DNA from: a virus
Taxonomy: Duplodnaviria > Caudoviricetes
IMG/VR virus record: IMGVR_UViG_3300046733_000629
Direction: 5' to 3' (one strand)
Length of the DNA: 64,000 nucleotides
Part shown: positions 28,001 to 36,712 of the stretch, in pieces
Layout: the number at the start of each line of letters is the position of its first letter
Numbering within the stretch: the first letter of the stretch is position 1
Notes under the pieces: generated by a model
What the model was told of the DNA's origin: nothing
Database searches by the model: none
Seen by the model: the letters and a program-made list of their open reading frames with translations, nothing else
Position numbers and translations under genes: made by a program

Positions 28001-31000
28001 TATGCAGAAGCTGAAGTAACGCAGACTATAAAAATTACTGATACAAGTGTTTTAGCATATAAAACAAATTACACATTCAACGGTGATTTAAATATTAGAG
28101 ATCATGTATATGTTTATCTTACTGACGCAAACGGAAAAGTAATATTACAAAAAGATACAAACTATACAATGATTGGAGATACAATTTATCTAACAAGTTT
28201 AAGTAATACTGCTACTGAACTAGAAGTAGTATATCATAACATGGACTCAGATAGTTTTGTTCCAGCAAGTTTAACTAAGCTAGGATTATCAAAAGGTTAT
28301 AGACCAATTGTAAGTAACAATGTATTATATACACATGATGGTTATGAATATAATTTAACAAGTACTGCTAACGTAACAGATATTACATCAGCAAACTTTG
28401 ATGTAGTGCATGCAGTATTATTAGATATGGAAAATAGAATATACGCTGGTCTTGTATTACAAGATACAATGTATGATAAAAAGCAATATGCTTCATACAC
28501 AGACTTCTTGCCTAACACGCAACACAGTACATGGTATACATTAAACATTTTAAATAATTATACAGAAAAGTTTTATACAAAATGGGCAAGTATAAGAAAT
28601 GTAAATGAAACTAATATATACGACCAAGCTGATAAGTTCACATGGAACTACAGTACAATACAGTTTGATAACTTTAAAACACCAGGACATTACAAAGGAG
28701 TATACACACTTCTGTTTGGTACAGCAACACCACATTTAACTCCTTGGCATATGCTAGGATTTGGATTCAAACCAACATGGTGGGATGCAAACTATAGTTG
28801 GACAGATGCAACTAAACGTACAGCATTAATTAATGCGTTAACAAATGGTATAGTATCTCAGCCAAGCCAGCCAGTAGAACAAGATTTAAAATACGCTAGG
28901 TTTAATTGGGAGTGGTCAACTAGATGCCCAGTAACAACAACAGGTGTACTGGAAGATCCAACAACAGTAATTGGTTTACCTAACTCAGCTGATGCGGCAC
29001 AAGACTTTGTATTTGGTGATTACGGACCTACAGAATATATGTGGAGAAACTCTGCAGAAGGACAAGCAACAATGATTGACGCTGTTCTAAAATTAAATCC
29101 AACTACAGCATGGACTAGTTTCTTCCAGCCAGGATTTGTAAAAGAAAGTATTAATGGATTACCACAAACTTATTATGATAAGCAATTAACTGCAACAGCA
29201 AAATATAAAGTACCGGGCATAGTTTATGATAAAACTATTACAAAAGTAACAGTATCAAACTCGCCGAGCGGACTAACAACTGATTCAGAATTTATTATTA
29301 TTGATGACTTTACAAGTTCAAAAGCACGTGCTAAATTTAAAATAACATATGGAAAAATTACTAGTGTTAGTTTAATTGATCGTGGAATTAATTTCACAGG
29401 CGATCCTATTGCAGTACATAAACTTGGCACCGACATTCAACCAATAACAATAGACTTTAAAGTTAATGAAATTCCATTTGTTGCAAACGGAATAGCACAA
29501 GCACAATATAACTTTGCACAACGAAATCAAAAAGATGTAAATCATGAACAACTTTATAAAAACTTAACAACTAAACTAATACAAAAAGTTGGTGGGTTTA
29601 CTAGCAAACATTTATTAAATGTATTTGCTGAAAGCAGTGTTAATGGTGATTTTCAATTTGGTCAAGCAGACTTTGATGTTACTATGTATACCGGTAAGCC
29701 AACACAACTTGTAACAGCAAGTGCATTGTTTATTACTAAAGATATTGCTGGTTACAAAGTTAATGGTATAAGCAACAACAAACAAGAATTTAATTTTTAT
29801 GAACCAAACACAACAGGTTTAGAATATGATGAACTAACAATAGCTAACTCATCAGTTAAGAGATATAAAAGATTTGTTTCTACTCCAAGTGTTATTGAGT
29901 ATAATGCACCTGTAGAAAAAATACAAGATGTTTATAACTTTATACGAGGCTATTGGATGTGGATGGAAACAAATGGATACACATTAGAATTTGACAAAGA
30001 CAGTTCGGCTGCAGACTTTGTAGGCTGGGCTAAGACAGCTGATGACAATGACATTTATGTTTTACAAATAGGTAGAAAGATTTCGTTTAAACCAACACAC
30101 GGAACAGTACTTGAATATAATAAATTAACATACAGTAACAATGACGTACTATCAATATATAATAAAAAACTAGACAACAGTGATCTAAGTATTGATAGAA
30201 AAGAAGGTGTTGCTTACATAGAAACAAAAGATAAAGAATTTATTGGAAGCATCACAAGTGCAGTAGTAGATTATGAACATGCAATTATATTTGAAAAGAA
30301 AACTAACCTTGGTGTTGATGTATTTGATGATGTAAAAGATAAAGTACAAAATAGATTGTTAATTAAAGGACAACGAACACAAGACTGGAACGGTGAGAAG
30401 AAAGCACCAGGATATTTAGTACTAGATAATCATATTGTTGAAAATATTGATAGTGCAGTACAAAGTATAGATGACATTTATAGAACTGATGTTGATGAAT
30501 TTAATTCAGCATTAGGAAAAGCAAAAGACCTGACAATAGGAAACATAGAAAAAACATGGACACAAGATTTGGGATTAAACAAAAACGTAATCACAAAGAT
30601 GCATCAAGGACTAATAGGAAATACAGGTACAACTACAGCGTTAGATAAAATTGGTAGATCAAATATATTAAATGAAAACGGAACTGATATTTCAGTATAC
30701 GAACAATATATGTTTAGACAATCAGAATTAGGTAACAATGACATTGAAGAACCTTTTGAATTTGAAATTACATCTTCTGATATTTCTTCATCACCGCAGA
30801 TTATTGCATTAGATGATTCAGTTGTTGATCCAGTTGAATTATTAAATGTACTACCGGAAAAGATTGTTAACAATAAAGACTTAACATTTGATACTAAGTC
30901 TTTTGGTAGTAGTATGGTTGATATACTTACAGGCGGTGAGCCGCTTTCAACAGAAACAAAATATAAAATACTTAATGCAGATCAATTATCTACTGTATGG

Positions 31001-34000
31001 GATTCAAGTGCATCATATGCAACTATTCCAACTTGGAATAATTATACAAGTTATAAACTAGGCGACGAAGTTAGACACGAAGGTAAATTATGGGAATGTC
31101 AAGTTGACTACACAGGTAAGACAGAAATAACAGCAAACATAGAATTAAAAGCTAGAAACGCAGGAATAGCATTTCCTAGTGGAACAGTTGCAACTGTAGC
31201 TGGAACAACAACTACGTTTGCTCAAACAAAAACAGAATATCAAGATATAGTAGCAGTAGGAAGTACAACTAATCCTACATTTGCTCCAACAGAAACTTTA
31301 CTAATAGATGGCATTGGAGTAGGCTTCAGTAAGTCACAAGAAGTTCCAGTAGTTACTGGACCAGCAGTTATAAGAGCAAACTCAGGACCAAAACAGTTTA
31401 CAGATGTAACAGGAAAGAATATTACTATTAATGGAGTGTTAGTTGACTTTGATACTACTCCACAGGATATTATTGAAAACTTTACAGGTGTTGATAATGG
31501 AGTAGCACCAGCAGTTGATCTTGAAGATACATTTACATTAGCAACTACACTAAGTCCAAATACATACGGTATTTCAAGTGTAACAGTTGACGGCTCAGTA
31601 ACAACAGCATACTCGGTGAGTGGACAAGATATTATATTTACAACTGCACCAACAGTCGGAGCTGCAATTGTTGTAACACTTGTACATGTTGCAAATCAAA
31701 TGTCAACAACTGACATTAGAGATTTTATTAACAACGCAGGTATCACAGGTGTAACTGCTAGCTTAGTAACAAGTTTTGACTTATTAGAATTATCATATAA
31801 TACAAATACAGTAGGAGATAACTTAGTATTATCTGCATCAACAACAAATGTAGACTTAGGATTTCCATCAAGTGGTGCAACAGTACAAGCACCTAGTGAA
31901 CTTCAACAACAAAATGCTAACTTAGTACTGTCAGATATTGTTACACAAATTAATGCTACAAACGGATTAGAGTTAGTAATAGCAGACGAATTTAATAACG
32001 CACTAAGATTAACAAGTACAGATACTAAAAGAACATTAACAGTAAGTGGATCTGCTCAAGCATTACTAGGATTAAATGCAAACTATAATGCAAGCACAAC
32101 ACAGACTTCAATAGACACAACGCACCAACAAGCGGCAGTGTTAATACAAAATTCATTAACAACAGCAGGTATCACAGATGTAGCTGTTAACTATGTTAGT
32201 AACCAAATCGTAATAACGTCTGAAGCAGATAGTATTGATATGGGTACAGGAACATTTAACAACATAGCTGGATTTGATAGCGGTGTAACTAATGCTAGAG
32301 AAGCTGGTGTTGTAAACGAATTTAATGCAGTAAAAAATGGAACACCACACTTTAGTGAATTAACTTCAGACAAAGATCCAGTAATGTTTAATATATTAAT
32401 TTCAGATGATAGTGCATTAGAAGTTGAAACTAAGGGAAATATAGCAACTAAGTTCAATGGTTGGAATGTATTACAAGTACAACCTAAAGCAGGAACTCCA
32501 TTGTTTAGTAAAAGTACAGACGGTTCTGATTGTGGAATATGTGCAGGTACATTAAGTAGAGATGGCAATGATGCAGAAGTAACAACCAACGAAGCACATG
32601 GCTTTGAAGTTGGCGATTACGTAATGCTAGTGAATACAGATACTACTCCACCTATTGATGGTATACACAAAGTTACTAAACTAGGAACAGACAACAAAGT
32701 CTTTTACATAGATGAATTTATTGAAAAATGTGGTAATGCAGTTTGTGTACTACCACTAGTTACAACAAGATTTGCAAACGAAAATATAAGCACAAATGCG
32801 TTAGCTGATCCAACTTGGAATTTACCAGCTAACACATTGATATGGGAAAAGTTTAACAATGCAACATTGGGAACATGGGTATATTCAGTATCAGGATCAA
32901 ACAAAACATTTGTAAGATCAACTACACATAGACCAACTCAGTATGATGTTGATAATATTATAATTTACAATCAAGCAGACAATACTACAAAAGTTCAGTT
33001 AGAAGCATACGATCCTATGAGAAAGGTTCTCCCAGGTGTTGCTATGCAAAACTTAGAATATATAGAAGTTGCAGATAATGCAATTTATAATACAAGTACT
33101 GATGATTCTACAGCAACTGATCAGAATAATGCATGGGGCACTGAGCAAGTAGGAACAAGATGGTGGGATACAAGCAAAGTACGTTACTATGATTATGATC
33201 AAGGTACTGTAAGTTATAGAACAGACATGTGGGGCAAACTATATCCTGGCAGCGAAATTGTTGTGTGGGAATGGATCCAATCTACAGTGGCACCAGATGA
33301 TTATGCAGACGCAGTTAAGTCTAGCAAAGAAATGTTTGGAGTTATAGCAACAGGTGAAGCATATTCAGTTGTTGATAACAAAACTAATGAAACCGATTAC
33401 TATTATACTATTGATAAAATTTGGAACAGCTCTACTAACGCATACGACAATGTTTACTACTTCTGGGTTAAGAATAAAACTACAATAAACAATCAAAGAT
33501 CTTTATCAGCATTTGATGTTGCATCAATGATTGAAAATCCAACACAGTCTGGTATTGCTTGGTATGCAGTATTAGATAGCAAAACATTTATTATCGATAA
33601 CATCAACTATTACGTAGAAGATAAAAATACAGTATTACAAATTAACAAAGCGCCAGACAAAGTTAACTCACATAATGAGTGGACACTTATTGCTAAAGAC
33701 AAAGATATCATTCCAGGATATTATGTTAGAGGTATGAAATATAATTTAGCAGGACAAGATCTTAATGCTTCTAAAATTCCATATCAAACTTTACATAGAT
33801 TTAGTAAGTATGGAGATAACTTCGATGAAGGGCAAACATGGTTTAATAATTTATACGAAGCTAGAAGAAATACAGCTACAGCTATAAATGGATTACTAAA
33901 AGATATTTGGATTAATGATCAATATCATAATACTTGGAACCGAACAGCATTCAACAAATCATTTCCAACATACTTATGGAACTGGATTGATTATAAATTA

Positions 34001-35131
34001 AAAACATACACAGGCACATTTAATCATACAAAGATTATTCCTGGTGCATATGATTTACTTAACGTAGATAGAACATATCACAATGTAGTTAAAGTTGTTA
34101 AACGAGGTGCAAATAATATTGACAGAAGTGAACTATATGCATATAATAATGTTACTAACGTTTGGGAATTAGTTCTTAAAAAGAATGTTACAATTGAACT
34201 TAATGTTGATGCATTATGTCCTACCAAAGGTTGGGATGCAGATGCATGGGATTCAGATAGATTTGATCAAGCAAACGTTGGCGAGTATTGGATTAAATTA
34301 ATAACAGCATTGCATGAAGACTTGTTCATTGCACACAACAAATATAAGATGAACGAGCTGTTCTTTATAATTGTTGATCATGTACTAAGTTCTTTACCAC
34401 AAACAAACTGGATAAGAAAAACAACGTATGTTAAATTAGAACTTACAAATTCATTAGATTCAACAACTAAAAAGTACACAAGAGATAAAACAAATAACAT
34501 AATTGGTTATGTTGAAGATGTAAAACCATATCATACTAAGATAAGTTCTACAAACATACGACATACAACAGATACAGAGGAAGTGAAGTTAACAGTATCT
34601 GATAGTAATCAAATATTATTATCAGAGAAAGCATACGATACATTAGAACTTTCTCCAACAGAATTATTAAACATTATAGTTCAAACAAATGCATCAGGAA
34701 ATACACATGCAACTGATTCATTAACATTTGCACATATACAAGATAATGCAGGCACAGTTAACGCATATGCATTAACAGAAGCATTAGAAACAACATTAAC
34801 AGCAGAACTTAATGCAACAGATACAACAATAACAGTAGCAGATACTACAGCATTTGCTAACACAGGTATGTTGTATGTAAATGGAGAACTAATTGAATAT
34901 AGCAAAACTAACGCAACAACGTTAGCGATAACAAATCGTGCAGTATTAAATACATTTGCTAGAAACACAGCAATAGGAGATTCAGTAACACAAGTTAATA
35001 CAACTCAACTTACATATGCTAATCCACAAACGGCACAAGCATATAACACAACAGGTGAGTCGATATTAGCTAGCTCTACCTCTACACAAGCACAAGAGTT
35101 GCAAGCAGCAGGAAAGGGTATTGAATTATAA
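25007..35131 (+). CDS. Giant baseplate wedge/receptor-binding protein (gp7-like position), 3374 aa
   Basis: N-terminal FLPGVFQTDLNKSWL..TLDQ..SKG and C-terminal YVEDVKPYHTK typical of the wedge protein after gp6; internal Thr/Gly-rich beta region and a CBM5/12-like motif. Confidence 0.7.
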   Translation: MAKKKAGQSKVNNIKTNKFLPGVFQTDLNKSWLDSTLDQMVSKGPLDNINGYVGSRNGATANINDSYIEPKFHIPLRRKSQLKPGVVSYDDDLKITNQLTIDDIAHSINTNFDAYNYNSAYNTEIYSYSPPVDVDKLVNFKNYIWAEELPVYESIYTGASKNPLVDSRHRTLYTLTDDNNTFSVEDHMLIKFTGSGWDVAVKDKTFIVTGVGTFVTFEEFRDENTRRVYHSVVPHTQNNDGIWDDSKVHRVIPNKQNKYWQAGARNFLTLINDYNNDASQLPIFDGFHFTDLNSNATQLVEGVLIRFDSDDWFYNNAEQKENIYIVDKFPNGLLSLREVVKATWSVDHWTLSTSPSAKASDIAKLKNIAKFDMNGELAWDFGLPVEPILDYIVIAKEDLFHTAWSRANHWVNISTVRKLMTLLPDYNFDDILSNKRRAKRPIIEYNAGINLHNNARHHDYEDDPTYIGAIDFGVTAGDDISILPVGSTYVYIDSTQDKVYKSTTTTPTTVLTMSNNYCLTIKSVLNANKLNWQHSDVWYVNNKFTLAQQKTKVNQYPLYKFFTDEGVAFEDIVGTNFTGDKIFGYKEGTGAIDPELGLQLSYKDSPKGAEYEFENFILTSKYKNTLQNAENPKITFNKSGQGYNLYKRYDKLETVYRQSGMPAGALTTEQYKITIGDNNLTIPYGYDNWDRTHAFVLHKKNDKFTLSRLNVDTGEFLEQDVPSIQTIRKNTNIKIHNLTTETIQYFLPGNIQVTPTTSSQTVGGLVIEKDANNVVEFSLTTDNVSIVVEGKVLSMITSIDNQDDLNYSITNNGNKINDSYITINNNNIVISEFAFKENDIIDFSFRSNENKTATTISYPEVMEHNVHNESIKTFTISETLEHWVSKLNVNPNFDGNSFSENNYSSITHTPYYGGTLYMRKHDSIMHDINYSNENIDVTGSLVEQGADWISFRNRVLAQVKRLYQINPYTDIKSITDDSISEILKNKRTIDLHKTSNMLYAEAEVTQTIKITDTSVLAYKTNYTFNGDLNIRDHVYVYLTDANGKVILQKDTNYTMIGDTIYLTSLSNTATELEVVYHNMDSDSFVPASLTKLGLSKGYRPIVSNNVLYTHDGYEYNLTSTANVTDITSANFDVVHAVLLDMENRIYAGLVLQDTMYDKKQYASYTDFLPNTQHSTWYTLNILNNYTEKFYTKWASIRNVNETNIYDQADKFTWNYSTIQFDNFKTPGHYKGVYTLLFGTATPHLTPWHMLGFGFKPTWWDANYSWTDATKRTALINALTNGIVSQPSQPVEQDLKYARFNWEWSTRCPVTTTGVLEDPTTVIGLPNSADAAQDFVFGDYGPTEYMWRNSAEGQATMIDAVLKLNPTTAWTSFFQPGFVKESINGLPQTYYDKQLTATAKYKVPGIVYDKTITKVTVSNSPSGLTTDSEFIIIDDFTSSKARAKFKITYGKITSVSLIDRGINFTGDPIAVHKLGTDIQPITIDFKVNEIPFVANGIAQAQYNFAQRNQKDVNHEQLYKNLTTKLIQKVGGFTSKHLLNVFAESSVNGDFQFGQADFDVTMYTGKPTQLVTASALFITKDIAGYKVNGISNNKQEFNFYEPNTTGLEYDELTIANSSVKRYKRFVSTPSVIEYNAPVEKIQDVYNFIRGYWMWMETNGYTLEFDKDSSAADFVGWAKTADDNDIYVLQIGRKISFKPTHGTVLEYNKLTYSNNDVLSIYNKKLDNSDLSIDRKEGVAYIETKDKEFIGSITSAVVDYEHAIIFEKKTNLGVDVFDDVKDKVQNRLLIKGQRTQDWNGEKKAPGYLVLDNHIVENIDSAVQSIDDIYRTDVDEFNSALGKAKDLTIGNIEKTWTQDLGLNKNVITKMHQGLIGNTGTTTALDKIGRSNILNENGTDISVYEQYMFRQSELGNNDIEEPFEFEITSSDISSSPQIIALDDSVVDPVELLNVLPEKIVNNKDLTFDTKSFGSSMVDILTGGEPLSTETKYKILNADQLSTVWDSSASYATIPTWNNYTSYKLGDEVRHEGKLWECQVDYTGKTEITANIELKARNAGIAFPSGTVATVAGTTTTFAQTKTEYQDIVAVGSTTNPTFAPTETLLIDGIGVGFSKSQEVPVVTGPAVIRANSGPKQFTDVTGKNITINGVLVDFDTTPQDIIENFTGVDNGVAPAVDLEDTFTLATTLSPNTYGISSVTVDGSVTTAYSVSGQDIIFTTAPTVGAAIVVTLVHVANQMSTTDIRDFINNAGITGVTASLVTSFDLLELSYNTNTVGDNLVLSASTTNVDLGFPSSGATVQAPSELQQQNANLVLSDIVTQINATNGLELVIADEFNNALRLTSTDTKRTLTVSGSAQALLGLNANYNASTTQTSIDTTHQQAAVLIQNSLTTAGITDVAVNYVSNQIVITSEADSIDMGTGTFNNIAGFDSGVTNAREAGVVNEFNAVKNGTPHFSELTSDKDPVMFNILISDDSALEVETKGNIATKFNGWNVLQVQPKAGTPLFSKSTDGSDCGICAGTLSRDGNDAEVTTNEAHGFEVGDYVMLVNTDTTPPIDGIHKVTKLGTDNKVFYIDEFIEKCGNAVCVLPLVTTRFANENISTNALADPTWNLPANTLIWEKFNNATLGTWVYSVSGSNKTFVRSTTHRPTQYDVDNIIIYNQADNTTKVQLEAYDPMRKVLPGVAMQNLEYIEVADNAIYNTSTDDSTATDQNNAWGTEQVGTRWWDTSKVRYYDYDQGTVSYRTDMWGKLYPGSEIVVWEWIQSTVAPDDYADAVKSSKEMFGVIATGEAYSVVDNKTNETDYYYTIDKIWNSSTNAYDNVYYFWVKNKTTINNQRSLSAFDVASMIENPTQSGIAWYAVLDSKTFIIDNINYYVEDKNTVLQINKAPDKVNSHNEWTLIAKDKDIIPGYYVRGMKYNLAGQDLNASKIPYQTLHRFSKYGDNFDEGQTWFNNLYEARRNTATAINGLLKDIWINDQYHNTWNRTAFNKSFPTYLWNWIDYKLKTYTGTFNHTKIIPGAYDLLNVDRTYHNVVKVVKRGANNIDRSELYAYNNVTNVWELVLKKNVTIELNVDALCPTKGWDADAWDSDRFDQANVGEYWIKLITALHEDLFIAHNKYKMNELFFIIVDHVLSSLPQTNWIRKTTYVKLELTNSLDSTTKKYTRDKTNNIIGYVEDVKPYHTKISSTNIRHTTDTEEVKLTVSDSNQILLSEKAYDTLELSPTELLNIIVQTNASGNTHATDSLTFAHIQDNAGTVNAYALTEALETTLTAELNATDTTITVADTTAFANTGMLYVNGELIEYSKTNATTLAITNRAVLNTFARNTAIGDSVTQVNTTQLTYANPQTAQAYNTTGESILASSTSTQAQELQAAGKGIEL

Positions 35132-35177
35132 CACTACTTTATCATAAGGCATAAATAGTGTATAAGGAATAGGTATA

Positions 35178-35783
35178 ATGAAAACATTAAATGAAAAATC
35201 AAAAGTTGCAGTGGAAGGTCACGTTTTAATCAAAGATTTTGATACAGGTGAAGTACTACTCGACAAACACAACGCGATTAATTTCCAAAATTTTGCATTA
35301 GCAGTAGCTCATGCAATGGGTGGAGTGAATAATAGTGGTGGTAACAGTTATATTGTTAGCAAACTAGCGTTAGGTTATGGTGGTACATCGATTGACTCGG
35401 GTACAGGAGCTATAACTTATAATGCACCTCAAGTAACAGGTACTACAGGTGGATTATATACAGCTAGCCAAGACAACACAGACGCTAACAATCCAGTAGA
35501 CTTACAAGTCAATGTATCAAACTTTTACGTAACAGATACAGCAAATCAACCATATTCAGATCTAGTATGCAATACAGTATTAGATTATGGATTTCCAGCA
35601 GATGCTCAAACACTTGATAATGCAAGTGACTTTGATACAGCTGGCAATTTCGTATTTGACGAAATTGGTTTAGTTGACGGCACTGGTAACTTTTTAACAC
35701 ACTTAATTTTTCATCCTATCCAAAAAAGTAAAAATAGAAAATTAGAGATTATATATACTCTAAGAATTAGAGCAGGAGTTTAA
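35178..35783 (+). CDS. Virion structural protein (tail/baseplate)
   Basis: GHVLIKDFDTGEVLLDKHNAI, FVFDEIGL, LTHLIFHPIQKSKNR...IYTLRI; own late promoter ATAAATA near 35152. Confidence 0.65.
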   Translation: MKTLNEKSKVAVEGHVLIKDFDTGEVLLDKHNAINFQNFALAVAHAMGGVNNSGGNSYIVSKLALGYGGTSIDSGTGAITYNAPQVTGTTGGLYTASQDNTDANNPVDLQVNVSNFYVTDTANQPYSDLVCNTVLDYGFPADAQTLDNASDFDTAGNFVFDEIGLVDGTGNFLTHLIFHPIQKSKNRKLEIIYTLRIRAGV

Positions 35784-35785
35784 AC

Positions 35786-36712
35786 ATGGCATATACAATT
35801 AACAAACACAATAACACAACAATTACAGTAGCCGATGATACCCTCAATGTGGAAACTAGCTTGCGTTTAGTAGGTAAAGACTATATCGGTTATGGTGAAG
35901 CTATAGCACAAAACTCTGTTAGCCTATTAGAAAATTTTGCAAGCGAGACAGCACCAACTAATCCAATTGAAGGTCAACATTGGTGGAAACCAAGCACAAC
36001 ACTATTAAACATTTATCACAACGGTTCGTGGTTAGGAATTGACGCAGGTACAGGTGTTGCTTCAATTTTAGATACAAACGGCATAGCTCATTCAGTTTAT
36101 GTAACACGTGCTAATGGTATTCCAGTAACTATAACAAGTTCAGATACAACAGCATGGGCAATAGCTCCAACTGAAACAGATTATCACCAATACTTTTTAG
36201 ATAATGGTGCTGGTAATACAGCAACTATCAACTCAGGTATCAATCTTAATACAGTAGTAGGATCTGCAATGAAGTTTCACGGAACAGCAACACATGCACA
36301 ATATGCTGACGTTGCAGAAATGTATACAGCAGACCAACAGTTTGAAGCAGGAACATTAATTATGTTTAGCGATGGTACTGGTGCAGAAGAAGTAACAGAA
36401 ACACAACATCAAAAAGATCCTAAAATATTAGGAGTTGTAACAACAGATCCAGCATTATTAATGAATTCAAAACTAACATCAACTGATAATAAATTTGCAG
36501 TAGGTGTAGCACTACTAGGAAGAGTTCCTTGTAAAGTTGTTGGAAAAGTTAACAAGGGTGATAGAATTTGCTCAAGTGATACAAAAGGACATGGAATGTC
36601 AGCGGATATAAATGTTGATGAGTATACATGGAAACATGTTATAGGCAGAGCATTAGAATCCAAGTCAAGCGAAGACGCAGGTACTATCGAAGTTATTGTT
36701 GGAGTAAAGTAA
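35786..36712 (+). CDS. Tail fibre/appendage with a C-terminal autoproteolytic chaperone (Peptidase_G2/IMC-like)
   Basis: N-terminal L.LVGK.Y.GYGE...N...LLENFA attachment motif; YADVAEMY...ILGVVTTDPA.LMN...VALLGRVPCKV.G...KGD...IGRALE. Confidence 0.78.
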   Translation: MAYTINKHNNTTITVADDTLNVETSLRLVGKDYIGYGEAIAQNSVSLLENFASETAPTNPIEGQHWWKPSTTLLNIYHNGSWLGIDAGTGVASILDTNGIAHSVYVTRANGIPVTITSSDTTAWAIAPTETDYHQYFLDNGAGNTATINSGINLNTVVGSAMKFHGTATHAQYADVAEMYTADQQFEAGTLIMFSDGTGAEEVTETQHQKDPKILGVVTTDPALLMNSKLTSTDNKFAVGVALLGRVPCKVVGKVNKGDRICSSDTKGHGMSADINVDEYTWKHVIGRALESKSSEDAGTIEVIVGVK

